64,000 nucleotides of DNA from Salinivirgaceae bacterium (lineage in GTDB: Bacteria; Bacteroidota; Bacteroidia; Bacteroidales; SZUA-534). Location of the stretch: NCBI GenBank assembly GCA_017557605.1, contig JAFYYJ010000044.1, forward strand, positions 19,655-83,654, given 5' to 3'. The notes under the pieces are model-generated. The model saw only the letters and a program-made list of their open reading frames with translations, made no database searches and was not told the origin of the DNA. The position numbers were made by a program, and so were the translations under genes. Shown here one piece after another: positions 38,508 through 46,928 of this stretch (positions within the stretch are counted from its first letter, which is position 1; the number at the start of each line of letters is the position of its first letter).

Positions 38508-39158
38508 ATGCCGCAGCGATTCGACCACAGCGTTGACCAATACATCGAGGAGCACACAACAGCCGCGAGCGACTTGCTCAACGAATTGGAGCGTCAGACC
38601 TACCTGAAAATCCTTCGTCCGCAGATGGTGGCTGGGCACCTTCAGGGTAAGGTTTTGGAGATGATGTGCCGGATGATACGCCCGCAGCGCGTGCTCGAGT
38701 TGGGCACCTTTACGGGATATTCGGCTCTGTGTATGGCCGCCGGAATGCCCGAAGGCTCTGTCTTACACACCATTGATGTGAACGATGAGCTGGAGGATTT
38801 CACACGCTCGTTTCTCGACCGCAGCCCTTACGCCAACCGCATTGTCTATCATTTGGGCGATGCGCGGCAGATTGTCCCCACTCTGGGCGGCAATTTCGAT
38901 TTGGTTTTTATCGATGCCGACAAACGCGAATATCCCGAATACTACAACCTGATAATCGGTGAAGTACGCACGGGCGGCTTCATTGTTGCCGACGATGTGC
39001 TGTGGTACGGCAAAATCAACGGCGACACGCCCCACAGCGACAACCACACCGCCGGTCTTCAGCAATTCAACGATATGGTCCACAACGACTCGCGCGTCGA
39101 AAACGTGCTGTTCCCAATCCGCGACGGATTGATGGTGATGCAGAAAATCAAGGATTGA
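38508..39158 (+). CDS. Class I SAM-dependent O-methyltransferase (caffeoyl-CoA OMT-like, family 3)
   Basis: Motifs 'VLELGTFTGYSAL' and 'FDLVFIDADKREY'. 216 aa. Confidence 0.85.
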   Translation: MPQRFDHSVDQYIEEHTTAASDLLNELERQTYLKILRPQMVAGHLQGKVLEMMCRMIRPQRVLELGTFTGYSALCMAAGMPEGSVLHTIDVNDELEDFTRSFLDRSPYANRIVYHLGDARQIVPTLGGNFDLVFIDADKREYPEYYNLIIGEVRTGGFIVADDVLWYGKINGDTPHSDNHTAGLQQFNDMVHNDSRVENVLFPIRDGLMVMQKIKD

Positions 39159-39554
39159 CTGATTGACTGATTGATTAATAGAATAACTGAAGGATTGAAG
39201 GCAGAAGTTACTAGTTACAAGTGACAAGGCATAAGGCAAAAGGCATAAGGGGGAATGATTAATGATTAGTGATTAATGATAGATGTAGGGACTCGCACTG
39301 CCACATCCGCATAAAGGCAGTAATACACTGCAAGTGTCTGAAGTCTGTTGTCCGTTGTCTGTAGTCCAATTAAATTCCACCCCCCGAAACCATTCACTCG
39401 TCGGGTTAAACGATGCGGTTCACCGATATAGGCTTTCAGAACACTCACAACCACAATACTTTTGCCACTGCAAACAAAAAGGTGCGCAACTGCAGAACAT
39501 TTTTTCGTTTGCGTTGTCAATAAACGTATTTTTAAACCGTAAAAAACTTGAATT

Positions 39555-40313
39555 ATGGAAAATTGTGAAAATGTAAATCGCCGCCACCGCCTGTCGTGGG
39601 GCATTGTTTTGATTGTTATCGGCGGAGTGCTCTGCCTACAGTTTACCGGATTGTTGCCAAACAGTCTCTACCAACTGCTTTTCTGCTGGCAATCGATATT
39701 TCTGGCAATCGGCTTGGCCGAACTCATTCAAGGCAAATTGCGTAATAGTTTAATATTCTTTGCTATAGGCATTGTTGCCAACTATCACCGCTGGGTGGAA
39801 TTCATTGGCACATTTTTGCCCGAAGGAATGCCGCACGGAAATCAAATTAACGCCATTTTCTGGTCGGTTTTGTTTGTTGGTGTGGGCTTGATTCTGATTT
39901 TCACCAAACCGCGCCACAACCGCCATTTAACTATGGGAAGCGCATTCGCCGCAAAGCACGGACAAACCGAACAAAACGTTGAAGACGGCCGTATTAATTA
40001 CCGATTTGTTTTCAGCGGCATCGAGCAAGTGTTTATGGAGCCAGTTTTCCGTGGTGGAAACATCAGCGCAACCTGCGGCGGAGTTATGCTCGACCTGCGC
40101 CACACCACTCTGCCCGAAGGCGACACAATACTCAACATCGACGCCACTTGCGGCGGTTTCACACTGAAAGTGCCAAGTGATTGGAAGATTGTGAACCAAT
40201 GCAGCTTTGTGCTGGGCGGCATAACCGACAAACGTTTTGCAGTTGAAATGGACAACACCCGCCGGCTGATAATCACCGGACGATGTGTAATGGGCGGTGG
40301 TTCAATCGAATAA
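39555..40313 (+). CDS. LiaF-like / DUF2154-like membrane protein
   Basis: Four N-terminal TMs and a C-terminal beta-rich domain ('GGVMLDLRHTTLPEGDTILNIDATCGGFTLKVP'), resembling cell-wall-active antibiotic response LiaF C-terminal domains. It sits immediately upstream of a LytTR gene. Confidence 0.5.
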   Translation: MENCENVNRRHRLSWGIVLIVIGGVLCLQFTGLLPNSLYQLLFCWQSIFLAIGLAELIQGKLRNSLIFFAIGIVANYHRWVEFIGTFLPEGMPHGNQINAIFWSVLFVGVGLILIFTKPRHNRHLTMGSAFAAKHGQTEQNVEDGRINYRFVFSGIEQVFMEPVFRGGNISATCGGVMLDLRHTTLPEGDTILNIDATCGGFTLKVPSDWKIVNQCSFVLGGITDKRFAVEMDNTRRLIITGRCVMGGGSIE

Positions 40314-40317
40314 CACT

Positions 40318-41115
40318 ATGAATCCATTTCTGCGAAACCGCGCCACAACCATTGTTGCAGCCATTGTGCTCGCAGCCGTTGCCGCCTGCTACAGTGCGGC
40401 ATTTGGCTTGCTGGCCGATATGGGCGTTGCAACCTCGATTGCCGATGGCGCGGTGTTTGCCGTCATATTCGCACTTGAGTGCATAATCATTTGGAACATA
40501 ATTAAATACGTACTTCAGCCGATGACCAATGGCTACATCAACCAACACCTGACCATTATCGGGTTCTTTGTTGTGGTGAGCACGGCCGGCATTGAATTGG
40601 CAGTCAACTATTTTATTGATGGTGAGAATCTTATCGCTTTCGCGAAGACACTGCCGGCGCGTGCGTTGGTTTTGGCATTGCTTTACGGCATGGTTGTGCA
40701 ATTCTACAACCAAAACCTGAACGCCGACGATGAACCTGATGACATAGACACCCAACCAGCTGCCGAACCGCTATCAGCCCCGACCGAGCCAATTGACAAG
40801 ATAACCGTGCGCAGCGGACAGAAAATCAGCGTGATAAACATTGCCGATGTGAATTTCATCAAAGCCGATGGCGATTATGTATCGATAGCCACCGAAGCCG
40901 GCCGCTGGCTCAAGGAACAGACAATGAAATACTACGAGCAAAACCTGCCAACCGCCGATTTTGTGCGGGTTCACAGGTCGTATATTGTGAATGTGGCCAA
41001 GATTTCAAAAATCGAGCGCTACGGTCAGCAACAGCTTATCGAACTGCGAAACGGTGAGAAAATCAAAGTCAGCAACTCGGGGTATAAGGCGCTGAAAGAG
41101 AGGCTGAATCTGTAG
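40318..41115 (+). CDS. Membrane-anchored LytTR-family DNA-binding protein (no receiver domain)
   Basis: About 4 TMs followed by a C-terminal LytTR-type domain ('ITVRSGQKISVINIADVNFIKADGDYV...FVRVHRSYIVN'). Confidence 0.8.
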   Translation: MNPFLRNRATTIVAAIVLAAVAACYSAAFGLLADMGVATSIADGAVFAVIFALECIIIWNIIKYVLQPMTNGYINQHLTIIGFFVVVSTAGIELAVNYFIDGENLIAFAKTLPARALVLALLYGMVVQFYNQNLNADDEPDDIDTQPAAEPLSAPTEPIDKITVRSGQKISVINIADVNFIKADGDYVSIATEAGRWLKEQTMKYYEQNLPTADFVRVHRSYIVNVAKISKIERYGQQQLIELRNGEKIKVSNSGYKALKERLNL

Positions 41116-41144
41116 GAAATAGGCCTCGTTAAGGCGCGAAGTGT

Positions 41145-41175
41145 TTTGCAAGTTGCGGGTTATCGCTTACCTTTG
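41145..41175 (+). promoter_or_regulatory. Strong Bacteroidota promoter (TTTG-N19-TAccTTTG)
   Basis: The -33 'tttg' is at 41145-41148 and the -7 'tacctttg' at 41168-41175. The promoter lies 27 nt upstream of a small ORF. Confidence 0.6.
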
Positions 41176-41201
41176 CGGCTAGTTCTAAAACACTTAAGAA
41201 A

Positions 41202-41459
41202 ATGGGAAAGAGACAAAAACCAACGTTTCTCGAGTACCTAAACGCCGTGAAGAAGGCTGACAGGGAAAGAGAGATAGCGACGCACGGAAAACTGATTTCC
41301 ACAAGGCCGCTACGAATCGTGAAATCGAAAAAGGTTTACGACCGAAACCGCAAAAAGAGAGATTGTTCGAATTATGATGACAGTCTCTCTTTTTTTCTGC
41401 CAGTCTTCTTGTTAAATATTCAAATACCGATGCCACAAATAGAGAACAAGCAATGCTAA
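41202..41459 (+). CDS. Small basic ORF (85 codons) or non-coding transcript
   Basis: The sequence 'MGKRQKPTFLEYLNAVKKADREREIA...KVYDRNRKKRD' has a good promoter. However, the frame runs through a terminator hairpin and overlaps the 3' end of the opposite-strand gene. Confidence 0.3.
   Translation: MGKRQKPTFLEYLNAVKKADREREIATHGKLISTRPLRIVKSKKVYDRNRKKRDCSNYDDSLSFFLPVFLLNIQIPMPQIENKQC
41352..41396. terminator. Bidirectional rho-independent terminator
   Basis: A5-'agagaga' ... 'tctctct'-T6. The stem is flanked by an A-run and a T-run, so it can act on both strands. It lies directly downstream of the minus-strand paralogue array. Confidence 0.7.
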
Positions 41460-42080
41460 GAAAAAGACATGATATAGGAACGACAACATCCTTTTTTCGT
41501 CGGGAATATACCACGCGCCTAATCCGACAATCAGAAAAAAGCCGGCTGCACCAATAATGAACAAGTCGAGCAACGGATATTTGAGCCTGGTCATCCGGCA
41601 GACTTTCGGATTGCTTCGCTTACATAAAATCGTAACGCGCGAGCTCGACACATCCTTGGTCAGTCTCACACGGCTTATGTATTCGACATTGTTGAAGGTG
41701 TACTCCACCTTGGCCCATTCCTCGTAATAGGGCATCGAGCCGCCGACACTATACCTTGAGCCGAATATCGGGATTTGGCCTTTTACAACGTATGAATCGG
41801 TTATGGTTGCGCCAACCTTAGTGTAGAGGCAGGCATCGATGCGCGCCCACGCAAGTCCGGCGAAACATATCGCGAAGAATGCGACTACGGTTATTTTGAA
41901 TGATTTCCACCGTTTCGCGGCACTTTCGTCTTTCAACTCTTCAAGCTCGCGGTCGGCTTTCGCAAAGTCGGACATGATTTTTCCGTAATCGTACAAGTCG
42001 TCGTCATTGCGCCTCTTTTCGCGCCTCTTTTGGCGCAAGGCGGCCCTTTTCTCCTTGTCGGCTTTATTCTTCTTTGCCAT
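41412..42080 (-). CDS. DUF3592-like membrane protein, paralogue A (K/R-rich N-tail, extra C-terminal TM)
   Basis: 'MAKKNKADKEKRAALRQKRREKRR', then an acidic coil, a TM, a ~95-aa beta-rich segment ('WAKVEYTFNNVEYISRVRL...ILCKRSNP') and further TMs. Confidence 0.8.
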   Translation of the reverse strand: MAKKNKADKEKRAALRQKRREKRRNDDDLYDYGKIMSDFAKADRELEELKDESAAKRWKSFKITVVAFFAICFAGLAWARIDACLYTKVGATITDSYVVKGQIPIFGSRYSVGGSMPYYEEWAKVEYTFNNVEYISRVRLTKDVSSSRVTILCKRSNPKVCRMTRLKYPLLDLFIIGAAGFFLIVGLGAWYIPDEKRMLSFLYHVFFLALLVLYLWHRYLNI

Positions 42081-42104
42081 GATTCGTTTTATTTCAGGAA
42101 CAAA

Positions 42105-42641
42105 CTATACACATAATCCGATAACCAGAACTATGCCGAAAATAATCATAATGCCCGTATCGAGCATCGGGTATTTGAGTCTGGTCATCCGGCACTCATG
42201 TGGGTGATTTTTCTTGCAGTAAACCATAATGTGCGTGCCCTGCACATCCTTGGTCAGTCTCACACGGCTCTTGTATTCGATATCGTTGTAAGTGTACTCC
42301 ACCTTAGCCCATTCCTCGTAATAAGGCATCAAGCCGCCATGACTTGTCCGTGAGGCGAATATCGGGATTTGGCGTTTTACGGAGTATGAATTGGTTATGG
42401 TTGCGCCAACCTTTGTGTAGAGGCTGGCATCGATACGTGCCCACACCAGTCCGGCGAAACATAGCGCAAGAAATACAACCATAGTTATTATGTAGGATTT
42501 TTGCCGTCTTGCGGCACTTTCCTTTTTCATCTCTTCAATTTCGGGTCCGGCTACTTTAAAACAGTACCGGAGGTCGCGTCTGCGCCTCTTTTCGCGCAAA
42601 GCGGCCCTTTTCTCCTTATCGGCTTTGTTCTTTTTTGGCAT
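42105..42641 (-). CDS. DUF3592-like membrane protein, paralogue B
   Basis: 'MPKKNKADKEKRAALREKRRRR...'. The TM and beta core are near-identical to A ('WARIDASLYTKVGATITNSY', 'YYEEWAKVEYTYNDIEY'). The linker is shorter. Confidence 0.8.
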   Translation of the reverse strand: MPKKNKADKEKRAALREKRRRRDLRYCFKVAGPEIEEMKKESAARRQKSYIITMVVFLALCFAGLVWARIDASLYTKVGATITNSYSVKRQIPIFASRTSHGGLMPYYEEWAKVEYTYNDIEYKSRVRLTKDVQGTHIMVYCKKNHPHECRMTRLKYPMLDTGIMIIFGIVLVIGLCV

Positions 42642-42648
42642 GATTCAT

Positions 42649-43269
42649 TTACTTTTCCTTCGAAGGCGGACCTACACATAATCCGATAACCAGAACTACG
42701 CCGAAAATAATCATAATTCCCAGGTCGAGTTTCGGATATTTTAGTTTGGTGAGCCGGCACTCCTGCGGGTGATTCTTCTTGCAGTAAACCATAATGTGCT
42801 GGCTCTGCACATTCTTGTCGAGTTTCACACTGCCCTTGTATTCGATATCGTTGAAAGTGTACTCCACCGTAACCCAGGTTTCATAATAAGGGAACACACC
42901 GCCCTGCGTTGTGTAGGTGTCGAATATCGGTTGCTGGCGTTGTACGTTGCGATAACCGGTTATGGTTGCGCCAACCTCGGTATACCGGCTGGCATCGACG
43001 CGCGACCATACAAATTCGGCGAAACATAGCGCAAGAACCACAAGAATGGTTGTCTTAAAGGATTTCGCACTCCGTTGTGCGCTTTCCTTCTTCATCTCTT
43101 CAAACTCCTGGTCGGCTTCCTCAAAACTCTCCTGAATGTATTGATAATACACTTGTTGCTCGCGCATCTCCCCGCGCATCTTCTCGCGTCTCTTTTCGCT
43201 CATCACTTTGCGCATCTTATCGAGTCCGGCGGCTCTTCTCTTTTTGGCGGTTTTGCTTTTGTTTGGCAT
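42649..43269 (-). CDS. DUF3592-like membrane protein, paralogue C
   Basis: 'MPNKSKTAKKRRAAGLDK...'. It has the same TM, beta domain and TM layout ('WVTVEYTFNDIEYKGSVKL...VYCKKNHP'). Confidence 0.8.
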   Translation of the reverse strand: MPNKSKTAKKRRAAGLDKMRKVMSEKRREKMRGEMREQQVYYQYIQESFEEADQEFEEMKKESAQRSAKSFKTTILVVLALCFAEFVWSRVDASRYTEVGATITGYRNVQRQQPIFDTYTTQGGVFPYYETWVTVEYTFNDIEYKGSVKLDKNVQSQHIMVYCKKNHPQECRLTKLKYPKLDLGIMIIFGVVLVIGLCVGPPSKEK

Positions 43270-43295
43270 AGATATCGGGTGTTAGGTGTTGGGGG

Positions 43296-44666
43296 TTAGT
43301 TGATTGTGATAATTATCGCCACCACGCAAAGCACTATATAACATACAATTAATCCAATTGCAATGCAGGCTGCCACAAAGAGTTTCGGGTGGTGCGTCTT
43401 GAAGTTTTTGATTTTTGTGCGAAGGTTGCTATCGCCTTCAACATAGACAAATTCGGGGACGGGTTCGGCGGATTTATCGTTTCGATTGTCAATGGATTTG
43501 GCTTGCGTTTTCGTAATCATCCACTTTCGGTAGAGACCGAACACCAAAAGACCGCAGCCGACAACAAGCGCGGGAAGCCAGCGGAGAGTGTGCGAAAAGA
43601 GTCGGCTGACCGAATCGTCGTACCAGAAAATGGTTGTGTGGCCCGAACGGAGCACCTCGAAAACATCGAAATCGAGCCAGGCGTGAACCAGAAACGGCAC
43701 CAGTAGAACCAAGCCCGCAACTATGGCTATTGTGTGGAGCCGCGCCATAAACGTCGCTTTTTTCTTTGCAATGGCCCGAAGCGCCATCCACGCCTCAACC
43801 TTCCGACGGTGCTCCTCCGCTTCGGCCTGTTGGCGCTCCATTTCGGCCTCAATGGGCAGCCTCCGCTCCTTTTCCAAATGACTTTCAACGAATGGAATGG
43901 CTTGCGGAGTGGCGCCTTGCAAAGCGTTGGCAATCTGCACATTGCCCGTTTTTGATTTCTTAATGGATTGAGGTTCGAGGACTTTGTAAATTATTTTGAA
44001 ATCTTTCCGTTTCGACAATTTCAGAAGCCAAATGCCATAAATTGTGAAAGCACCGCCAACAATATCCATAATAATAAATGGCCGATAATACTTCAAGCAT
44101 ACTGTGCCAATAATGAGAAGTATACAGCCCACAATAATGAGAATTATGCATGTTGAAACCAACGTCCTGCAAGTTTTTCCATAAACGACGATTCTCTTTT
44201 CTTTAACATTCAAATCAATCCTGGCAAACCCACTCCAACTGAACGACGCCAACCTGTTTCGGTACATAAAGGTGCCGAAAAAGAAGAACAAGGCAGTGAA
44301 AATCATGCAGAAAAATGCTGCGGCTGGATAGTTGCGGAGCAAACCCATTGAGAGGAACCAGACTGTGAGTGCGCCCGAGAAAACGCCAATGACCAAAAAT
44401 ATGATTCCAACCATCCGAGTGCCGTTGAGCGCAAGCCTATCCAAGAGTTCGGGGTGCGCCGCAACGTTCAGGTTCAAAATACCAGCGGCGATAAACGCAA
44501 CCGCACCCAAGCCGAACATGGTCACAAACAGAATGTTGCCTGCAAGTTCACTAAACCCGCCAAGAACGAAAATAAACACTCCTATCAGGAACAAGAAGAC
44601 GCAGCCAAAGAAAATAAATGCTATGCCTTTGGTCCTGCGGTCGGTTATAGGTATTTGTTTTCGCAT
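43296..44666 (-). CDS. Polytopic membrane protein with central charged coiled-coil, unknown function
   Basis: 456 aa with about 9-10 hydrophobic helices and a central 'EKERRLPIEAEMERQQAEAEEHRRKVEAW' segment. No family was recognised. Confidence 0.75.
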   Translation of the reverse strand: MRKQIPITDRRTKGIAFIFFGCVFLFLIGVFIFVLGGFSELAGNILFVTMFGLGAVAFIAAGILNLNVAAHPELLDRLALNGTRMVGIIFLVIGVFSGALTVWFLSMGLLRNYPAAAFFCMIFTALFFFFGTFMYRNRLASFSWSGFARIDLNVKEKRIVVYGKTCRTLVSTCIILIIVGCILLIIGTVCLKYYRPFIIMDIVGGAFTIYGIWLLKLSKRKDFKIIYKVLEPQSIKKSKTGNVQIANALQGATPQAIPFVESHLEKERRLPIEAEMERQQAEAEEHRRKVEAWMALRAIAKKKATFMARLHTIAIVAGLVLLVPFLVHAWLDFDVFEVLRSGHTTIFWYDDSVSRLFSHTLRWLPALVVGCGLLVFGLYRKWMITKTQAKSIDNRNDKSAEPVPEFVYVEGDSNLRTKIKNFKTHHPKLFVAACIAIGLIVCYIVLCVVAIIITIN

Positions 44667-44747
44667 TTGCTGTTGTTTTTATCGTTGTTTTTTGCCTGTT
44701 CTGTTTTTATAAATCTCTTATTTTCAGCGTATAATCGAGCCGTCGGT

Positions 44748-45542
44748 TCAATCCATTCCCGCCATATACGATATGGTTGCATCGGTGTCATCGGTGTTTT
44801 TGGTTTCGACATCATCGCTGAACGTGAGAGCCGACACCACAAAAATTATGAACGCCGCGCATCCGAACAGAAATATTATCCAAATAAGATTCTTATTCTG
44901 ATAATGAAGAACCCAGTGGCGGTCATCTTCATCGCCAAATACAGAGGCGTATGTATCCTTGCTGACATACAGTTTCATTTTCCGCCCTATAGCGGGAGAA
45001 CCCGACAACTCGTAAGTTTCCGTCTTGCCGTCGATACTGTATTCTACCGTAAAATATGAGCTTTTGTTGTTCGAATTTCCGCGTTTGTGATTCGAACCAC
45101 TCTCTGTCCGTTTACTGATAACTGTGCCTTCAACCTCAATGCCCATGGCTTTCTTCTCGCGGTCGCTCAACACTATCACAACGCCTATGGTAATGAGTAC
45201 CAGACTGATACCCATACCAACCTTGAATATTGCCCAGTCGCGCTTCGGTTTTTCGGGCTGACTTTCGGGCTGCGGTTGCGGTTCGTTTGAGCGCTCATAC
45301 ACACTCCCGCGTTTGTAAGCCCGCCGCGCACGGATAATTATCGTCAGCGACGGAACTATGAACGCCAGCGGGAACGCAAGGAGCATTATTATGCCGCCAA
45401 TTGTCCACGCCCTATCCGCAATTGTTTGTAACTCAAACAAATGTTTGATTCCTGCATAAACGACATAACAAATTGGCGGAAGTGAGATTAACCCGATAAT
45501 CAGGAAAATCAATACCATGCCGTGTGTTCGCTGTGGGTTCAT
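44748..45542 (-). CDS. DUF3592-like membrane protein (divergent fourth member)
   Basis: 2 TMs, a P/Q/E linker, a TM, the segment 'VEGTVISKRTE...YFTVEYSIDGKTETYELSG...KMKLYVSKD' and a final TM. The beta-segment pattern is typical of DUF3592. Confidence 0.75.
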   Translation of the reverse strand: MNPQRTHGMVLIFLIIGLISLPPICYVVYAGIKHLFELQTIADRAWTIGGIIMLLAFPLAFIVPSLTIIIRARRAYKRGSVYERSNEPQPQPESQPEKPKRDWAIFKVGMGISLVLITIGVVIVLSDREKKAMGIEVEGTVISKRTESGSNHKRGNSNNKSSYFTVEYSIDGKTETYELSGSPAIGRKMKLYVSKDTYASVFGDEDDRHWVLHYQNKNLIWIIFLFGCAAFIIFVVSALTFSDDVETKNTDDTDATISYMAGMD

Positions 45543-45617
45543 AACTGACTGATTGAAGATTTCTCTATCTCTCTGATTCTCTAACTCTCTAATTCTCTAA
45601 CTCTCAATTCTTCCGCA

Positions 45618-46127
45618 TTAGTCTCTTTTCTTCATCCAGATTGTGCCAAGCACAAGGAACGGCGCGGCGAACAGGAGGCAGACAGCAAAACAGAGTATTG
45701 TTTCAACGTCGGCATCGGCAATGTGGTTGTCGAAAACCAAGGCTATGGGAATGGCCACCGCTATAAGCCCGATAATGAAGAAAACAAGGCCCTCCGCAAA
45801 TCGTGGGTGCTCCTGACTGAATTTCCGCGGCGGACGGAACGTGCCTGTCTTCTCTCTGATAGCGTTTTTCAGAAACGCAATGCCGCCCACAAGGAACGCA
45901 AGTGAGCACAAGCCCCAGAACGAGTACAGAAAAATGGTGACTCCTGGCGAGTACACACGTTCGTAGGGACCGCCGTTAATGGACATATTCAGATAGAACA
46001 TGTCGGGGCTGCCAATTTGGTTGTAAAGGACAATTGCCATAATCGTCAACGACGCCAACCCGAAAAACATAAAAAACGCCGCGATAGCCCATTTGTTCGT
46101 TATTGGTTTTGAAAATCCTACACGCAT
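45618..46127 (-). CDS. Four-TM membrane protein, paralogue 1
   Basis: 'MRVGFSKPITNKWAIAAFFMFFGLASLT...'. It aligns along its full length with the ORF at 46309..46827. Confidence 0.75.
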   Translation of the reverse strand: MRVGFSKPITNKWAIAAFFMFFGLASLTIMAIVLYNQIGSPDMFYLNMSINGGPYERVYSPGVTIFLYSFWGLCSLAFLVGGIAFLKNAIREKTGTFRPPRKFSQEHPRFAEGLVFFIIGLIAVAIPIALVFDNHIADADVETILCFAVCLLFAAPFLVLGTIWMKKRD

Positions 46128-46308
46128 AAATTATTGATTGACTTATTGATTAATTGATTAATTGATTGACTGATTAAAGGATTGAAGGATTGACTGACTG
46201 ATTGATTGATTGACTGATTAATAGATTAACAGATTGATTGAAGGATTGAAGGATTGATTGAATAACACTCTAATTCTCTACTTTTCTATCTCTCTAATTC
46301 TCTAACTC
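46128..46308. repeat. Word-repeat spacer (GATTGA/AAGGATTGA words, then CTCTAA/TTCTCT words)
   Basis: Plus strand 46128-46263 is almost C-free G/A/T words. 46264-46308 has no G. This was read directly. Confidence 0.9.
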
Positions 46309-46827
46309 TCAATTCTCCCTCCATTCCTCTTTTTTCTTCATCCAGATTGTTCCAAGCACAAGGAACGGCGCGGCGAACAGGAGGCAAAGAGAGTATAACA
46401 CCAAATTCACGCCCGTCGCATGGTTGCCGTCGAAAACCAAGGCTATGGGAACGGCCACCGATATAAGCCCGATAATAAAGAAGACAAGGCCCGTAGCAAA
46501 ATATGGGCGCTCCTGACTGAATTTTCGCGGTGGTCGGACCGTACCTTTCTTCTCTCTGATTGCTTGTTTCAGATACGCAATGCCGCCCGCAACGAAGGCA
46601 AGCGAGCCCAAGCCCCAGAACGAGAACCAAAAAATGGTGGTTCCTGGCGAGTACACACGTTCGTAGGGGCCGCCGTTAGTGGACACATTCTGATAGAACA
46701 TGTCGGGGTCGCCAATGTTGTTGCAAATGACGATTATCATACCCGTCAACGACGCCAACCCGAATAACATAAAAACCGCCGCTTTAGCCCATTTATTCGT
46801 TATTGATTTATAAATTCCTACACGCAT
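46309..46827 (-). CDS. Four-TM membrane protein, paralogue 2
   Basis: 'MRVGIYKSITNKWAKAAVFMLFGLASLT...'. It is a tandem duplicate of 45618..46127. Confidence 0.75.
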   Translation of the reverse strand: MRVGIYKSITNKWAKAAVFMLFGLASLTGMIIVICNNIGDPDMFYQNVSTNGGPYERVYSPGTTIFWFSFWGLGSLAFVAGGIAYLKQAIREKKGTVRPPRKFSQERPYFATGLVFFIIGLISVAVPIALVFDGNHATGVNLVLYSLCLLFAAPFLVLGTIWMKKKEEWREN

Positions 46828-46928
46828 AAATTATTGATTGATTTATTGATTAATAGATTGATTGACTGATAGACTAATTGAAGGATTGAGGGATTGAAGG
46901 ATTGAATTGCATACAACTGAATATTTGC

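Noticed and set aside
46128-46308. Tandem short repeats that might be mistaken for a CRISPR array or VNTR
   Set aside because: The units are 6-12 nt degenerate words with no unique spacers of 25-40 nt. No cas genes are present. The same word classes occur in many ordinary spacers.
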